From an uncultured Mycoplasmatota bacterium (lineage in GTDB: Bacteria > Bacillota_I > Bacilli_A > RF39 > UBA660), in the NCBI GenBank assembly GCA_947166445.1, contig CAMVED010000003.1, forward strand, positions 589-64,588: a DNA stretch of 64,000 nt, written 5' to 3'. Both the position numbers and the translations under genes were made by a program. Below the pieces are notes generated by a model, which made no database searches, was not told where the DNA came from, and saw nothing but the letters and a program-made list of their open reading frames with translations. The stretch's first letter is position 1, and each line of letters starts with the position of its first letter. Below are positions 52,873 to 63,122 of the stretch, in pieces.

Positions 52873-54924
52873 TTAAGCATCTTTTATATTACTTATTATT
52901 TGATATCTCAATTTTATATCTTCTTCTTTTGTACTTTCTAAGAACTTTAAACTATCCTTTTTAGCTTGTAAAAGTATTTTATAATCTTCTTTTATATCTG
53001 CTATTTTAAAAGTCATATCCCCACTTTGTTTTGTACCAAATAGATCTCCATGACCTCTTAGTTTAAAGTCTTCTTCACTTATTTCAAAACCATTATTAGT
53101 CTTAGTCATTACTTTAAGACGTTCTGCATCTATATCACTAATAAGTATACAAGATGATTCTAGATTACTTCTTCCTACTCTACCTCTAAGTTGGTGAAGT
53201 GTGGAAAGTCCAAATCTATTTGCATCAAATATAACTATCATTGTTGTATTAGGTACATCTACTCCAACTTCTATTACTGTTGTACTAATTAGTATTTGAA
53301 TTTTATTTTCTTGAAAACTATTCATTATTTTATCTTTATCTTTTCCAGATAGTTTTCCATGAACAACACCAATATTATATTTAGAGCCAAATGCACCTTC
53401 CATTTTATCTTTAAGTTCATTTACAGTAGTTAGATCTAATGTTTCAGATTCTTCAATTAAAGGTGCAATAACATATATTTGATGACCTTCTTCTAACTCT
53501 TTATACATCATCTCCGCTACTTCTTTTGTATCTTTATAACCTTTTAAATAAGTTTTAATAGGTTTTCTTCCTTTTGGTAAAGATTCTATTATAGATATAT
53601 CCATATCACCATATATAGTAAGTGCATATGTTCTAGGAATAGGAGTTGCACTCATATAAAGTACATCTGGCATTAAACCTTTATCTTTTAAACTTGTTCT
53701 TTGAAGAACTCCAAATCTATGTTGTTCATCTGTTATTACAAGTCCTAAATTGTCGTACTCAACATCATCTTGTATTAAAGCATGAGTACCTATTACTATA
53801 TCAACTTCATGTTCTTTTATTTTTCTATGTATTTCATCTTTTTCTTTTTTTGTTAAAGAGCCAATTAATAACTCTATTTTACAATCAGTATCTTTTAATA
53901 TATTAGTAACTGTTTCCATATGTTGATTAGCTAAAATTTCAGTAGGAACCATTAAAGCTCCTTGATAACCACTTAAATAGTTTACATAAAGTGCTATGAT
54001 AGAAATTATAGTTTTACCGGACCCAACGTCACCTTGTAATAATCTGTTCATTCGTTTTGGTGATTTTAAATCTTCAAGTATTTCATCTAATACTTTATTT
54101 TGATCTTCTGTTAGTTTAAATGGTAGACTTTTTAATAATTTATTTAAATCTTCTTTTTTATATTTTCTTTCTATTCCATTTTTAACATTTTGATTCTTTA
54201 TTTTTAAATAATTTATTTTAGTCATATAAAGAAACAATTCTTCATATTTTAGTCTAATAGTAGCTTGTTTTAACTTTTCATATGTAGAAGGATTATGTAC
54301 TATATTTAAAGCTGTTTTTTTATTTAAAAAATCATATTTTTCTATTATATTCTTTGGTATATAATCTGTTATATCATTACCGTATTGCATAAGCGCATTA
54401 TTAATAAACACTGCTACATTTTTTGAAGATAACCCTGCAGTACCATGATAAACACTTTCTATTTTTGCACCCTTTGGTAAAAGTCCCATTCTTATTTCAG
54501 ATGCAAGTATTATATTTTTAGATCTTTCGTATTTACCTATTACAGTAATACTAGTTCCTACAGTAAGTTGACTTTTTAAAAATGCTCTATTAAAGATAGA
54601 AACACCAACAACTTTTCCTGTAGAAGTTACTACTCTAACATTCATTTTATTAAGATTACCTTTTAATCTTATTAATATTGGAGCACTATCTACTTTACCA
54701 TCTATAATTACTCTATCAAGCTCTTCAGCTTTATTTAAATCACTTCTTACAATCTTTTCATATCTAAATGGATAATGTGATACTAGAGTTTCAACATCCT
54801 CAATTCCAAGTTTTCCAAGTAGCATTTTTGACTTTGGTCCAACACCTTTTACTTTGTCTAAAGCTATCACAAACACCACGTCCTTTTTCTTACAAATTAT
54901 ACCATAAATTGACATATTTTTCAA
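52873..54924 (-). CDS. recG: ATP-dependent DNA helicase RecG
   Basis: LDKVKGVGPKS, wedge/OB region, GDVGSGKT and TDEQHRFG. The start is probably a GTG near 54870-54879 rather than 54924. Confidence 0.9.
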   Translation of the reverse strand: MKNMSIYGIICKKKDVVFVIALDKVKGVGPKSKMLLGKLGIEDVETLVSHYPFRYEKIVRSDLNKAEELDRVIIDGKVDSAPILIRLKGNLNKMNVRVVTSTGKVVGVSIFNRAFLKSQLTVGTSITVIGKYERSKNIILASEIRMGLLPKGAKIESVYHGTAGLSSKNVAVFINNALMQYGNDITDYIPKNIIEKYDFLNKKTALNIVHNPSTYEKLKQATIRLKYEELFLYMTKINYLKIKNQNVKNGIERKYKKEDLNKLLKSLPFKLTEDQNKVLDEILEDLKSPKRMNRLLQGDVGSGKTIISIIALYVNYLSGYQGALMVPTEILANQHMETVTNILKDTDCKIELLIGSLTKKEKDEIHRKIKEHEVDIVIGTHALIQDDVEYDNLGLVITDEQHRFGVLQRTSLKDKGLMPDVLYMSATPIPRTYALTIYGDMDISIIESLPKGRKPIKTYLKGYKDTKEVAEMMYKELEEGHQIYVIAPLIEESETLDLTTVNELKDKMEGAFGSKYNIGVVHGKLSGKDKDKIMNSFQENKIQILISTTVIEVGVDVPNTTMIVIFDANRFGLSTLHQLRGRVGRSNLESSCILISDIDAERLKVMTKTNNGFEISEEDFKLRGHGDLFGTKQSGDMTFKIADIKEDYKILLQAKKDSLKFLESTKEEDIKLRYQIISNIKDA

Positions 54925-54981
54925 AGAATATTTTAAGTTTTTTTAAGGTTAAAAAAAATGTAATTTTTTGTCTAAAATTGC

Positions 54982-55010
54982 TTGACAAACTACCTCTTTA
55001 CAATTATTAT
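54982..55010 (+). promoter_or_regulatory. Candidate sigma-A promoter (TTGACA-17 nt-TATTAT)
   Basis: TTGACA at 54982-54987 and TATTAT at 55005-55010. Confidence 0.55.
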
Positions 55011-55016
55011 ATATAT

Positions 55017-55120
55017 TACCAATTCGGTTTAGGCGAATTGGATGCTAGTATCACACTAGCCAACCCCTTTTTATTCTTTTTATTGAAGCCGTCCTCAGGG
55101 GGAACGGCTTCTTTTATTTT
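55017..55120 (+). ncRNA. Candidate small RNA or cis-leader upstream of the CPBP protease gene
   Basis: Hairpins CCAATTCG/CGAATTGG and GCTAGT/ACTAGC, then single-stranded CCAACCCCTTTTT. The terminator GAAGCCGT-CCTCAGGGGGA-ACGGCTTC plus T-run follows. Not matched to a known family. Confidence 0.4.
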
Positions 55121-55191
55121 ACACTTTATATTTATTTACTGTTTTTTTACTATATTTTTATGATATACTATATAAGAATAGAGATGATGAT

Positions 55192-55881
55192 ATGAATAAA
55201 AAAATAAACAACTTTTTATTTTTTATAGCCCTATTTATTTTATATGCCATATATTCAAGTTTAATAATATTTATATTACAAAAACTAGGACTTAATATTA
55301 ATAAACTAAATACACATACAAAAAACATATTTCTTATTTTAATAGATGTAAGTTTAATGATAATAGTTTATTTGTTCTATAGAAAAGAAAATAATAGAGA
55401 GCTAAGTAAATATGGGAGAAACTTTGGGAAGTATTTCTCATTTGGACTTAAAATGTGGATATTAGGTTTAATTCTTATGATAACTTCTAATCTATTAATA
55501 AACCTAATTTATCCAAACGCTACTGCTCAAAATGAAAACGCAGTACAAGCACTTCTCAAAACATCACCTGTTTATGTATCATTCACAGCCTGTGTGTTTG
55601 CACCATTTATGGAAGAAATGATGTTTAGGAAAAGTTTAGAGAAAGTTTTTAGTAGTAAAACAATATTTATTGTAGTATCAGGTCTTTTATTTGGTTTAGC
55701 TCACAATATTGGAGTAAGTAAAATTGATATGATATATATTATTCCTTATGCTTTATTTGGATGTGTTTTTGCTTATACTTATGTAAAAACAAATGATATA
55801 TTTGTACCTATTACATTTCATATGATTCATAATACAATGCTTATTATAGTATCTCTATATAATACGGGGGTGTTATTCTAA
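55192..55881 (+). CDS. CPBP-family intramembrane glutamic endopeptidase (CAAX protease/Abi family)
   Basis: FAPFMEEMMFRKSL (EExxxR), GLAHN and FHMIHN motifs. Multi-pass membrane protein. Confidence 0.8.
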   Translation: MNKKINNFLFFIALFILYAIYSSLIIFILQKLGLNINKLNTHTKNIFLILIDVSLMIIVYLFYRKENNRELSKYGRNFGKYFSFGLKMWILGLILMITSNLLINLIYPNATAQNENAVQALLKTSPVYVSFTACVFAPFMEEMMFRKSLEKVFSSKTIFIVVSGLLFGLAHNIGVSKIDMIYIIPYALFGCVFAYTYVKTNDIFVPITFHMIHNTMLIIVSLYNTGVLF

Positions 55882-56769
55882 ATGAAATCTAGATATGAAC
55901 AAAATGAAAAGAAAAGAAAAATAGAAAGAAAAGAAAAAAACAAAACAAGAATAAAAAAATTATTAATATTTTTAAGCATTATATTAACAATATTAATAAT
56001 ATGGGGTAAATTTGGAGAACCTAACTTACTTTTAATTAATGACTATAAAATAGAAAATAGTTCTTTACCAGAAAGTTTTGATGGCACAAGAATAGTTCAT
56101 TTCTCTGATTTACATTATGGCATGATAAAAGAACATAAATTAGAAAAAATAGTAGACACTATAAATAGTTTAAAACCAGATATAGTAATATTTACTGGAG
56201 ATTTAGTAGAACAAGGTTATGATCTTACTGATAACGACATAAAAGTATTAATTAAAAACTTAGGTAATATAAACGCCAAACTTGGAAAGTATGCTATATA
56301 TGGTAATCATGATACTAGTAATGAAAGTCTAAATGACATTATGTATGATTCAAAATTTTCACTATTAAAAAACAATTATGATACTGTTTATACTAAACAA
56401 AATGAAGCAATACTATTATATGGATTAGATGATACACTTAACGGAGAACCAAAAATAAATAATATTAAAGGAAAAAATATAAATAATATAAATTATAAAA
56501 TAGTATTAGTTCATGAACCAGATTACATAAATGACTTTATATATGATTATGATATATCTTTAGTTTTAGCAGGTCACTCTCATGGAAGTCAAATAAATAT
56601 TCCAGGTTCACAATTGTTCTTACCTAAAGGAAGTAAAAAGTATTACAAAAAATATTATGAAGTAAATAACACACCATTATATATATCAAATGGTGTTGGA
56701 AACTCAAGTATTAATTTCAGATTATTTTCAGCACCAAGTATAAATATTTATAGATTATATACAAAATAA
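55882..56769 (+). CDS. Membrane-anchored metallophosphoesterase (YkuE-like)
   Basis: HFSDLHYG, GDLV, GNHD and GHSHG motifs. Confidence 0.85.
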   Translation: MKSRYEQNEKKRKIERKEKNKTRIKKLLIFLSIILTILIIWGKFGEPNLLLINDYKIENSSLPESFDGTRIVHFSDLHYGMIKEHKLEKIVDTINSLKPDIVIFTGDLVEQGYDLTDNDIKVLIKNLGNINAKLGKYAIYGNHDTSNESLNDIMYDSKFSLLKNNYDTVYTKQNEAILLYGLDDTLNGEPKINNIKGKNINNINYKIVLVHEPDYINDFIYDYDISLVLAGHSHGSQINIPGSQLFLPKGSKKYYKKYYEVNNTPLYISNGVGNSSINFRLFSAPSINIYRLYTK

Positions 56770-56805
56770 AACTAGTATAAGTTTTAAACTTAAACTAGTT
56801 TTTTA

Positions 56806-57759
56806 TTAATTTAGAAAATTAATTGTTAAATCAACAATAGTATCTTTTTCTTTAGGATTAGATTCTGCAATTAAAATAGTAAGAACCGCCAAAAGTTTAT
56901 TATCTATTACTAGTTCATTATCTTTGTATAAAATATTATAAAAAGATAAGAAATATATAAAAAGAGTTGCTCCTATTCTTTTGTTACCATCTATAAAAAC
57001 ATGATTCTTTACTATTAAATATAAAAAGTTAGCAGCTTTTTCTTCTACTGTTTTATATAAAGCAGTACTATCATAAGTTTGATATATATTATTTATAACA
57101 GATTCAAGTCCTTTATTTCTCTCTAAACCAAAGATATTACTCTTTTCTTTAAACTTTAACTTAGAAACAATGTCTATACATGAATCATATGTAACTTTCT
57201 TATTAGATAAATTGCCTTTTACACTTGATAATTTTTTATTATCATAATCATCTAATATATCTAAACCTTTTGAATACTTATCTAAAACTTTTAATATTTC
57301 TTTAGCAGAATCTCCATCTATTCTATCTATAGCACGATTTCCTATTTCTATTAATTTAACTGTTTTTTCTAATTGTTTTAACCTTTTTTCATTAATTGAA
57401 TATCCTTTTATAAGATAATCTTTTAAAATACTATTAGCCCATCTTCTAAAAATAATACCATTTTTAGACTTAACACGATATCCTACGCTTATTATTACAT
57501 CTAAACTGTAGTATTCAACCATTCTAGTAATATTTCTATTACCTTCTTTTTGAACTGTCTCAAATTTTGCGACAGTTGTATTATCATTTAACAATTCTTC
57601 AACTAAAGCATTATTTATATGCTTTCTAATTGTCTTAGAATCTCTGTCAAATAGTTTTGCCATCTGATTAGCATTAAGCCAAACAGTATCATCATGCATA
57701 TTAACCTCAAGTTTAATGTTTTGATTTTCAAATAAAATAATTCCTTTTTTGTCTACCAT
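56806..57759 (-). CDS. RhuM-like N-terminal domain fused to a Fic/Doc domain
   Basis: VWLNANQMAKLFDRDSKTIRKHI...VISVGYRVKSKNGIIFRRWA is RhuM-like. HVFIDGNKRIG is the Fic/Doc core motif. Start moved to M5. Confidence 0.7.
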   Translation of the reverse strand: MVDKKGIILFENQNIKLEVNMHDDTVWLNANQMAKLFDRDSKTIRKHINNALVEELLNDNTTVAKFETVQKEGNRNITRMVEYYSLDVIISVGYRVKSKNGIIFRRWANSILKDYLIKGYSINEKRLKQLEKTVKLIEIGNRAIDRIDGDSAKEILKVLDKYSKGLDILDDYDNKKLSSVKGNLSNKKVTYDSCIDIVSKLKFKEKSNIFGLERNKGLESVINNIYQTYDSTALYKTVEEKAANFLYLIVKNHVFIDGNKRIGATLFIYFLSFYNILYKDNELVIDNKLLAVLTILIAESNPKEKDTIVDLTINFLN

Positions 57760-57864
57760 ACATTCCTCCACTCAAAAAGGAATAGTAAAAAAGCAAACTA
57801 TTCCCTTCATATATACAAGAGACATAAAAATAGAATTGCACCTAAGTTTTCATAAATTTATATT

Positions 57865-57890
57865 AAAAAAGCAAGGATAACCTTGCTTTT
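57865..57890 (-). terminator. Rho-independent terminator after obg
   Basis: Hairpin GCAAGG-TTAT-CCTTGC followed by a T-run on the minus strand. Confidence 0.7.
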
Positions 57891-57893
57891 TAA

Positions 57894-59168
57894 CTAGTTT
57901 CTAAATTCAAATTCAAAATCAAGTATTTTAACTATATCTCCTTGTTTTGCACCCATTTGTTCTAAACGTTCATCTACACCAAGTTTAGTTAATTTCTTAG
58001 CAAATTTCATAATAGCTTCATCTGAATTAAATTTATTCATTCTAAATAATTTTTCTATTTGTTTACCTTTTAATATATAAGTATCTCCATCTTTTTCTAT
58101 TTCGAATGGTTCTTCTTTTTTATACTTATATAAAACATAATCTTCAAAATCTTCTTCATCTTCAAGTGGAGTTACTTCTATTCTATCAAGAAGATCTGCT
58201 ATATGGATTAATACTTTATCTAATCCTTCGTTGTTTAAGGCAGATACTTCAAACACTTCTTTATCTTTTACTTTTTCTTTAAATTTCTTCAAGTTTTCTT
58301 TTGAAGATTCCATATCCATTTTATTAGCAATAATTAAACTTTCTTTTTTAAGTAGTTTTTCATCAAAGTCTTTTAACTCTTTACATATTTTTACATAATC
58401 ATCATATGGATCTCTTCCTTCGAAACCTGACATATCTATTACATGTGCTATTACTCTAGTTCTTTCAATATGTTTTAAAAACTTATCACCAAGACCCTCT
58501 CCAAGTGAAGCACCTTCAATTAATCCAGGAAGATCTGCTACTGTAAAACTTCTACCATCTTTAGTTTTGACTACCCCAAGATTTGGATTAAGTGTTGTAA
58601 AGTGATATGCTGCAATCTTTGGCTTAGAGTTTGATATTTTTGATATTATTGTACTTTTACCAACACTAGGCATACCAACAAGACCTACATCTGCTAAAAG
58701 TTTTAATTCAACTTTTAAATATCTTTCTTCACCAGGTTCACCACGTTCAGAAAAGTTTGGAGCAGGATTGCTTTGAGTTCTAAAAGCAGTATTACCTCTA
58801 CCACCTCTACCACCTTTTGCTACAATACATTCTTCTCCATGTTCTTTTAAATCACATATTAAAAGATTTGTATCATTATCTTTTACCACTGTCCCAGGAG
58901 GTACTTTTATAACTATATCTTTAGCACCTTTACCATTCTTATTTTTACCTTCTCCGTTTTGCCCTCTTTCACCTTTTATTATTTTGTTATAGCGAAGATC
59001 AACAAGAGTTCTTAATCCTTCATCGACTTTAAATATAATATTTGAACCTCTTCCACCATTTCCTCCGAATGGTCCACCAAGTTCTACATACTTTTCTCTA
59101 CGAAAGGCAGTGCACCCATCTCCACCAGAACCTGCAGTTACTTTTATATTTACTTCATCTACGAACAT
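57894..59168 (-). CDS. obg: GTPase Obg/CgtA
   Basis: MFVDEVNIKVTAGSGGDGCTAFRREKY, G1 GMPSVGKST, DLPGLIEGA, and a C-terminal OCT-like domain. Confidence 0.95.
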   Translation of the reverse strand: MFVDEVNIKVTAGSGGDGCTAFRREKYVELGGPFGGNGGRGSNIIFKVDEGLRTLVDLRYNKIIKGERGQNGEGKNKNGKGAKDIVIKVPPGTVVKDNDTNLLICDLKEHGEECIVAKGGRGGRGNTAFRTQSNPAPNFSERGEPGEERYLKVELKLLADVGLVGMPSVGKSTIISKISNSKPKIAAYHFTTLNPNLGVVKTKDGRSFTVADLPGLIEGASLGEGLGDKFLKHIERTRVIAHVIDMSGFEGRDPYDDYVKICKELKDFDEKLLKKESLIIANKMDMESSKENLKKFKEKVKDKEVFEVSALNNEGLDKVLIHIADLLDRIEVTPLEDEEDFEDYVLYKYKKEEPFEIEKDGDTYILKGKQIEKLFRMNKFNSDEAIMKFAKKLTKLGVDERLEQMGAKQGDIVKILDFEFEFRN

Positions 59169-59216
59169 AATATCACCTCAAATTCAGTAAAATTATATCA
59201 AAAAAAAAGAAAACAA

Positions 59217-59438
59217 TCAATTGTTTTCCTGATTTGCAATAATTCCAAATATTCTTTTAATCAAAGCTTCATCTCTAACGCTTTCTACGGTATCTTCCCC
59301 ATTTTCAATTGTTCTTATTAATAAAGAATACTTTTTGCCATCTAATGAGGCAACATATAAATAATTAACATTATCTACAACTATATCATTACATATGAGA
59401 TAATCTTCTCCGCTTAGTGTTATTAATCTTTCTTTCAT
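59217..59438 (-). CDS. Small hypothetical protein (possibly DUF1292-like)
   Basis: 73-aa ORF with a 4-nt overlap onto the upstream gene. Family call tentative. Confidence 0.45.
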   Translation of the reverse strand: MKERLITLSGEDYLICNDIVVDNVNYLYVASLDGKKYSLLIRTIENGEDTVESVRDEALIKRIFGIIANQENN

Positions 59439-60214
59439 AGAGATCTTCCTCCTTGAGACGCTTCATCAACATATCCAACTACATGTTCATTCCCGTTCAT
59501 TTCTATGTTTTGTTGTTGTTGATCTTTTATCAATTGCATACGTTCTTCAAAATTTAAACCATCTTGTTGTAGTTCTTCTTCAAATTGTTCAGTTGCTTTA
59601 TCGGGCTGTGGAGTATGATATTTGGATTGTTCGATTCTATCGGCAACTACTTTTCCTCCAATTATTGATGAAATAAAAATTGCTCCTCCCACTACATATG
59701 GTGCTATCTTCCATGCTACTTCTTTTACTTTTTGAAGAGTTCCTTTTTCATCTATTACTTCTTTTTCTTTAACCCTTTGTTTTTCTATCACTGCATACCA
59801 GTCTATCTTATTAATTTGTGTTAGCAAATCATTAAAACCATCATTTTCTTTTTCAGAATAATAATTGCTTACATTGCTAGATTCTTGATATTCTTTGGAT
59901 CCAACTTCTACTGATGATTGAGGAGTATTAGTTTTTTCATTCTCACCAAAGTTACTTCTAGTACTACTCATTATTGATTTAACTCTTCTTCTTTCAGAGT
60001 CTTTAGCTTCTGTATCTATTGCTATACCAAGTGCTTGTGATCTTTCATAATCATACTTTTCTTTTTCTTCAGGTTTAATTTCAGGAATAACTGGAGCATC
60101 AAAAGGACTTATTTCAGAATCATATCCTTGATTCTGATTTTCTGTTATTTGATGATAATATTCATAATCATTCCCATCATATCCTAAACCTTTATTAGTT
60201 TCATTACTATCCAT
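59435..60214 (-). CDS. Hypothetical protein with one TM segment
   Basis: Polar Q/E/N-rich sequence with a hydrophobic segment IAPYVVGGAIFISSIIGG. Confidence 0.5.
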   Translation of the reverse strand: MDSNETNKGLGYDGNDYEYYHQITENQNQGYDSEISPFDAPVIPEIKPEEKEKYDYERSQALGIAIDTEAKDSERRRVKSIMSSTRSNFGENEKTNTPQSSVEVGSKEYQESSNVSNYYSEKENDGFNDLLTQINKIDWYAVIEKQRVKEKEVIDEKGTLQKVKEVAWKIAPYVVGGAIFISSIIGGKVVADRIEQSKYHTPQPDKATEQFEEELQQDGLNFEERMQLIKDQQQQNIEMNGNEHVVGYVDEASQGGRSL

Positions 60215-60270
60215 AATATAGCCTCCCTATCTAATAATATCATACCACATTTAATATTTTTTGCAAATTT

Positions 60271-61536
60271 TTATAATTCTATTTTACTATTATCTGTAAA
60301 CATATTCTTATTTATTTTTATATCATATATTTCATTTTCTTTATAATTACCTTTTACTTTTAAATATAAATAATTTGAAGTATGGCCATAATAGTAACCA
60401 TCTTTTTTTGTTTCTATTAGTAATTGTTCATTTTTGCCAATATTGCTTTCATAATACTTCTTTTCTAATTCTTCAGATAATTTAAGTAATCTTTTAGTTC
60501 TTTCTTTTTTAGTAATGCCATCTACATGACCACTCATTCTAGCTGCTTTAGTACCATTTCTTTTAGAATAAGGAAATACATGTATTTTAGCAAAGTCTAT
60601 TTCTTTACAAAAATCTAAACATTCTTCAAAATCACTTTCTGTTTCATTAGGAAATCCTACGATTACATCTGTAGTAATTGATATATTAGGTCTTGCTTTT
60701 CTTATTTTATCTATTTGTTTTTTATACTCTTCCTTTGTATATTTTCTGTTCATTAATTTTAAAATTTTTTCACTTCCACTTTGAAGTGGTACATGTAAAT
60801 GATTACATAGTTTTTTATTTTCTAAAAGTTTAAAAAACTTATCATCAAGCTCAGTTATTTCAATTGAAGATATTCTAAGTCTTTCAAGTCCAGGTATTTC
60901 AAGTAATTCCTCAATTAAATCAGAAAACTTTATTCCTAAATCTATTCCATAACTGCCTGTATGAATACCTGTTAAGACTATTTCTTTATAACCATTATTA
61001 ACTAGACTTGTTATTTCCTTTACTACTTTGTCTTTTTCTTTAGATCTACATCTTCCTCTTACAAAAGGAATAATACAGTAAGCACAGTAATTTTCGCAAC
61101 CATCTTGTATTTTTACAAAAGCTCTTGTTCTTGATTCTAAATGATTTATTTCCATATCTTCGAAAGAAACTGTCATTATATTATCATTTGTAATTATTTG
61201 TTTTTTTGTTTTTAGATATTCTTCAACATAATCTACAATATTAGATTTATTATAATTACCAATAACTACATCTATATCTGAAAAATCATAATCTTTAGCA
61301 CTTTCTACAAAACAACCACATACTACAATACAAGCATCTTTATTTTTAACACTATTTATTATTTTTCTATCTTTTCTATCACTATTATTAGTTACAGTAC
61401 ATGTATTAATTATATATATATCACATTCATCATTAAAATCGCATATAGTATAACCTCTATTTTTAAATAAACTAATTATAAACTCACTTTCATATGTATT
61501 TACTTTACATCCTAAAGTATATATACCTACCTTCAT
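60271..61536 (-). CDS. mtaB: Radical-SAM methylthiotransferase, MtaB-type (MiaB family)
   Basis: TLGCKVNTYESE, CENYCAYC (CxxxCxxC) and a C-terminal TRAM-like region. Start moved to M7. Confidence 0.8.
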   Translation of the reverse strand: MKVGIYTLGCKVNTYESEFIISLFKNRGYTICDFNDECDIYIINTCTVTNNSDRKDRKIINSVKNKDACIVVCGCFVESAKDYDFSDIDVVIGNYNKSNIVDYVEEYLKTKKQIITNDNIMTVSFEDMEINHLESRTRAFVKIQDGCENYCAYCIIPFVRGRCRSKEKDKVVKEITSLVNNGYKEIVLTGIHTGSYGIDLGIKFSDLIEELLEIPGLERLRISSIEITELDDKFFKLLENKKLCNHLHVPLQSGSEKILKLMNRKYTKEEYKKQIDKIRKARPNISITTDVIVGFPNETESDFEECLDFCKEIDFAKIHVFPYSKRNGTKAARMSGHVDGITKKERTKRLLKLSEELEKKYYESNIGKNEQLLIETKKDGYYYGHTSNYLYLKVKGNYKENEIYDIKINKNMFTDNSKIEL

Positions 61537-61601
61537 AGTACTACTCCCTTCCAAACGCCATAATTATACCACAAAAAAAGAAAAAATAAAAATAAACTAG
61601 A

Positions 61602-62399
61602 CTAGTCTAATTTATTTTTTAGTTTTTTTAATTCAGATAAAAAGTCTTCAGTTCTTTGAATTTCATCTTCTAAATCCTTTGGTCCTACCTGCTTATCCAT
61701 TTCTTTTAAAGCATTTTTTGGTTTTATTTTACCAGTATAAATTCCAAATACTGGTGAAATTACTTCAGAATTTTTAAATTTCTTTTCTTCTTCAAAAACA
61801 GGATTACTAACCTTTACTTTTTCATTTATAGCATCTATATTATCAATAATACTTTGTTCTTCTTGATGCTTTTTATAAAGTTCTTCTAAAGTAATAGCAG
61901 CTTCTCCTTCATCTTCCAAAAGTTTATCATTTTTATCATCTATATCATGAGAAGCTTTAACAAGTTCTTCATAACTTATTATTGATTTTTCTTCTTGTTC
62001 TACTTCAAAATTAGTATGATCTATTAAATCTGAAGGATTATCATCTATTAATCTTTTAGTAACCTCTTCTAGTTTTTCTTTTGCTTCTTCAACAGTAGTA
62101 TCATTTGATGCATAATAAACCTTATCTTCATTAAAATTATCTAATAGTTCAACACTACTATCATCATTTACATGTTTATCAATTGGTTCAACTTTTGTTT
62201 CATTAACAATCCTAGTGTTACTAACATTATTATGAATATTATTATTCTTATTAATATTATCAATTTCTTTTCTTATCAATTTCCTTGAATTTCTTTTTTC
62301 TATAATAACAATTACTGCTAAAACTAAAATAATTACTCCTACTATTGCAAGCATTATAATAAAATTATCTTTTCCAAATTCCTTAATGAATTCACTCAT
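61602..62399 (-). CDS. N-terminally membrane-anchored acidic coiled protein, unknown function
   Basis: TM segment FIIMLAIVGVIILVLAVIVII followed by an E/D/K-rich sequence. Confidence 0.5.
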   Translation of the reverse strand: MSEFIKEFGKDNFIIMLAIVGVIILVLAVIVIIEKRNSRKLIRKEIDNINKNNNIHNNVSNTRIVNETKVEPIDKHVNDDSSVELLDNFNEDKVYYASNDTTVEEAKEKLEEVTKRLIDDNPSDLIDHTNFEVEQEEKSIISYEELVKASHDIDDKNDKLLEDEGEAAITLEELYKKHQEEQSIIDNIDAINEKVKVSNPVFEEEKKFKNSEVISPVFGIYTGKIKPKNALKEMDKQVGPKDLEDEIQRTEDFLSELKKLKNKLD

Positions 62400-62489
62400 T
62401 TACTTCACCTTTTTTCATAAAAATATTCTACCATGAAAAAAAGTGTTTTGACAATAATTCTTATATAAAATATTAAAAAAAATATGTCA

Positions 62490-63119
62490 TTATAATGACA
62501 TACTTTTGATTTTATCAATATTATCTAAATCATCCAATATAAAGGATGCACTTACTATTATATCAGCATCACTAACTAAAGGTAATACTTCTTCACATAC
62601 TCCACCATCCACTGATATTTTAGTATTAAGACTTCTTTTATTTATTTCTTCTTTAAGTTCTTTTATTTTTAAAGAAACATCATCTATAAATTTTTGTCCA
62701 CTTTTTCCAGGATATACTCCCATCACAAGCACTAAATCAACTCTATCTAATATATCAAATACTTCTTTTACATCTGTATCAGGATTAATAGCTATTCCTG
62801 CTTTTATACCATAACTTCTTATTAAATTTATCATCTCTAAATAGTTTTTAATTTCTCTATGAATAGTTATATTATTAACATTATATAAAGATAGCGCATC
62901 AATATATTTTTTAGGATTATCCACCATCAAATGAATATCTATTTTTTTACTACTAAGTTTAATGTACTTTTCAAGTTCACTTAAAGTTTTCAAATTAACA
63001 TTATCTACAAACTTACCATCCATTACATCATAATGAATATAATCAGTATTTGAATTGTTTAGTTTTTTTATAAAATCACTATAATTTCCTTCTTTTAGAA
63101 ATGAAGTTGATACAATCAT
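62490..63119 (-). CDS. rpe: Ribulose-phosphate 3-epimerase
   Basis: HYDVMDGKFVDN, HLMV, GQKF and SVDGGV motifs. Conserved position beside rsgA. Confidence 0.85.
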   Translation of the reverse strand: MIVSTSFLKEGNYSDFIKKLNNSNTDYIHYDVMDGKFVDNVNLKTLSELEKYIKLSSKKIDIHLMVDNPKKYIDALSLYNVNNITIHREIKNYLEMINLIRSYGIKAGIAINPDTDVKEVFDILDRVDLVLVMGVYPGKSGQKFIDDVSLKIKELKEEINKRSLNTKISVDGGVCEEVLPLVSDADIIVSASFILDDLDNIDKIKSMSL

Positions 63120-63122
63120 AAA

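Noticed and set aside
55093-55102. CCTCAGGGGG as a fourth island junction
   Set aside because: It differs from the 11-mer core (TCCTCAGGGGG versus TCTTCAGGGGG) and sits in a terminator loop. No integrase or island-type genes lie between it and 52748; only recG does. It is kept only as a possible RNA-RNA complementarity.
54768-55163. 131-aa plus-strand ORF spanning the recG start and the intergenic region
   Set aside because: It runs antisense through the recG N-terminus and then across a promoter, two hairpins and a terminator. The translation is low-complexity.
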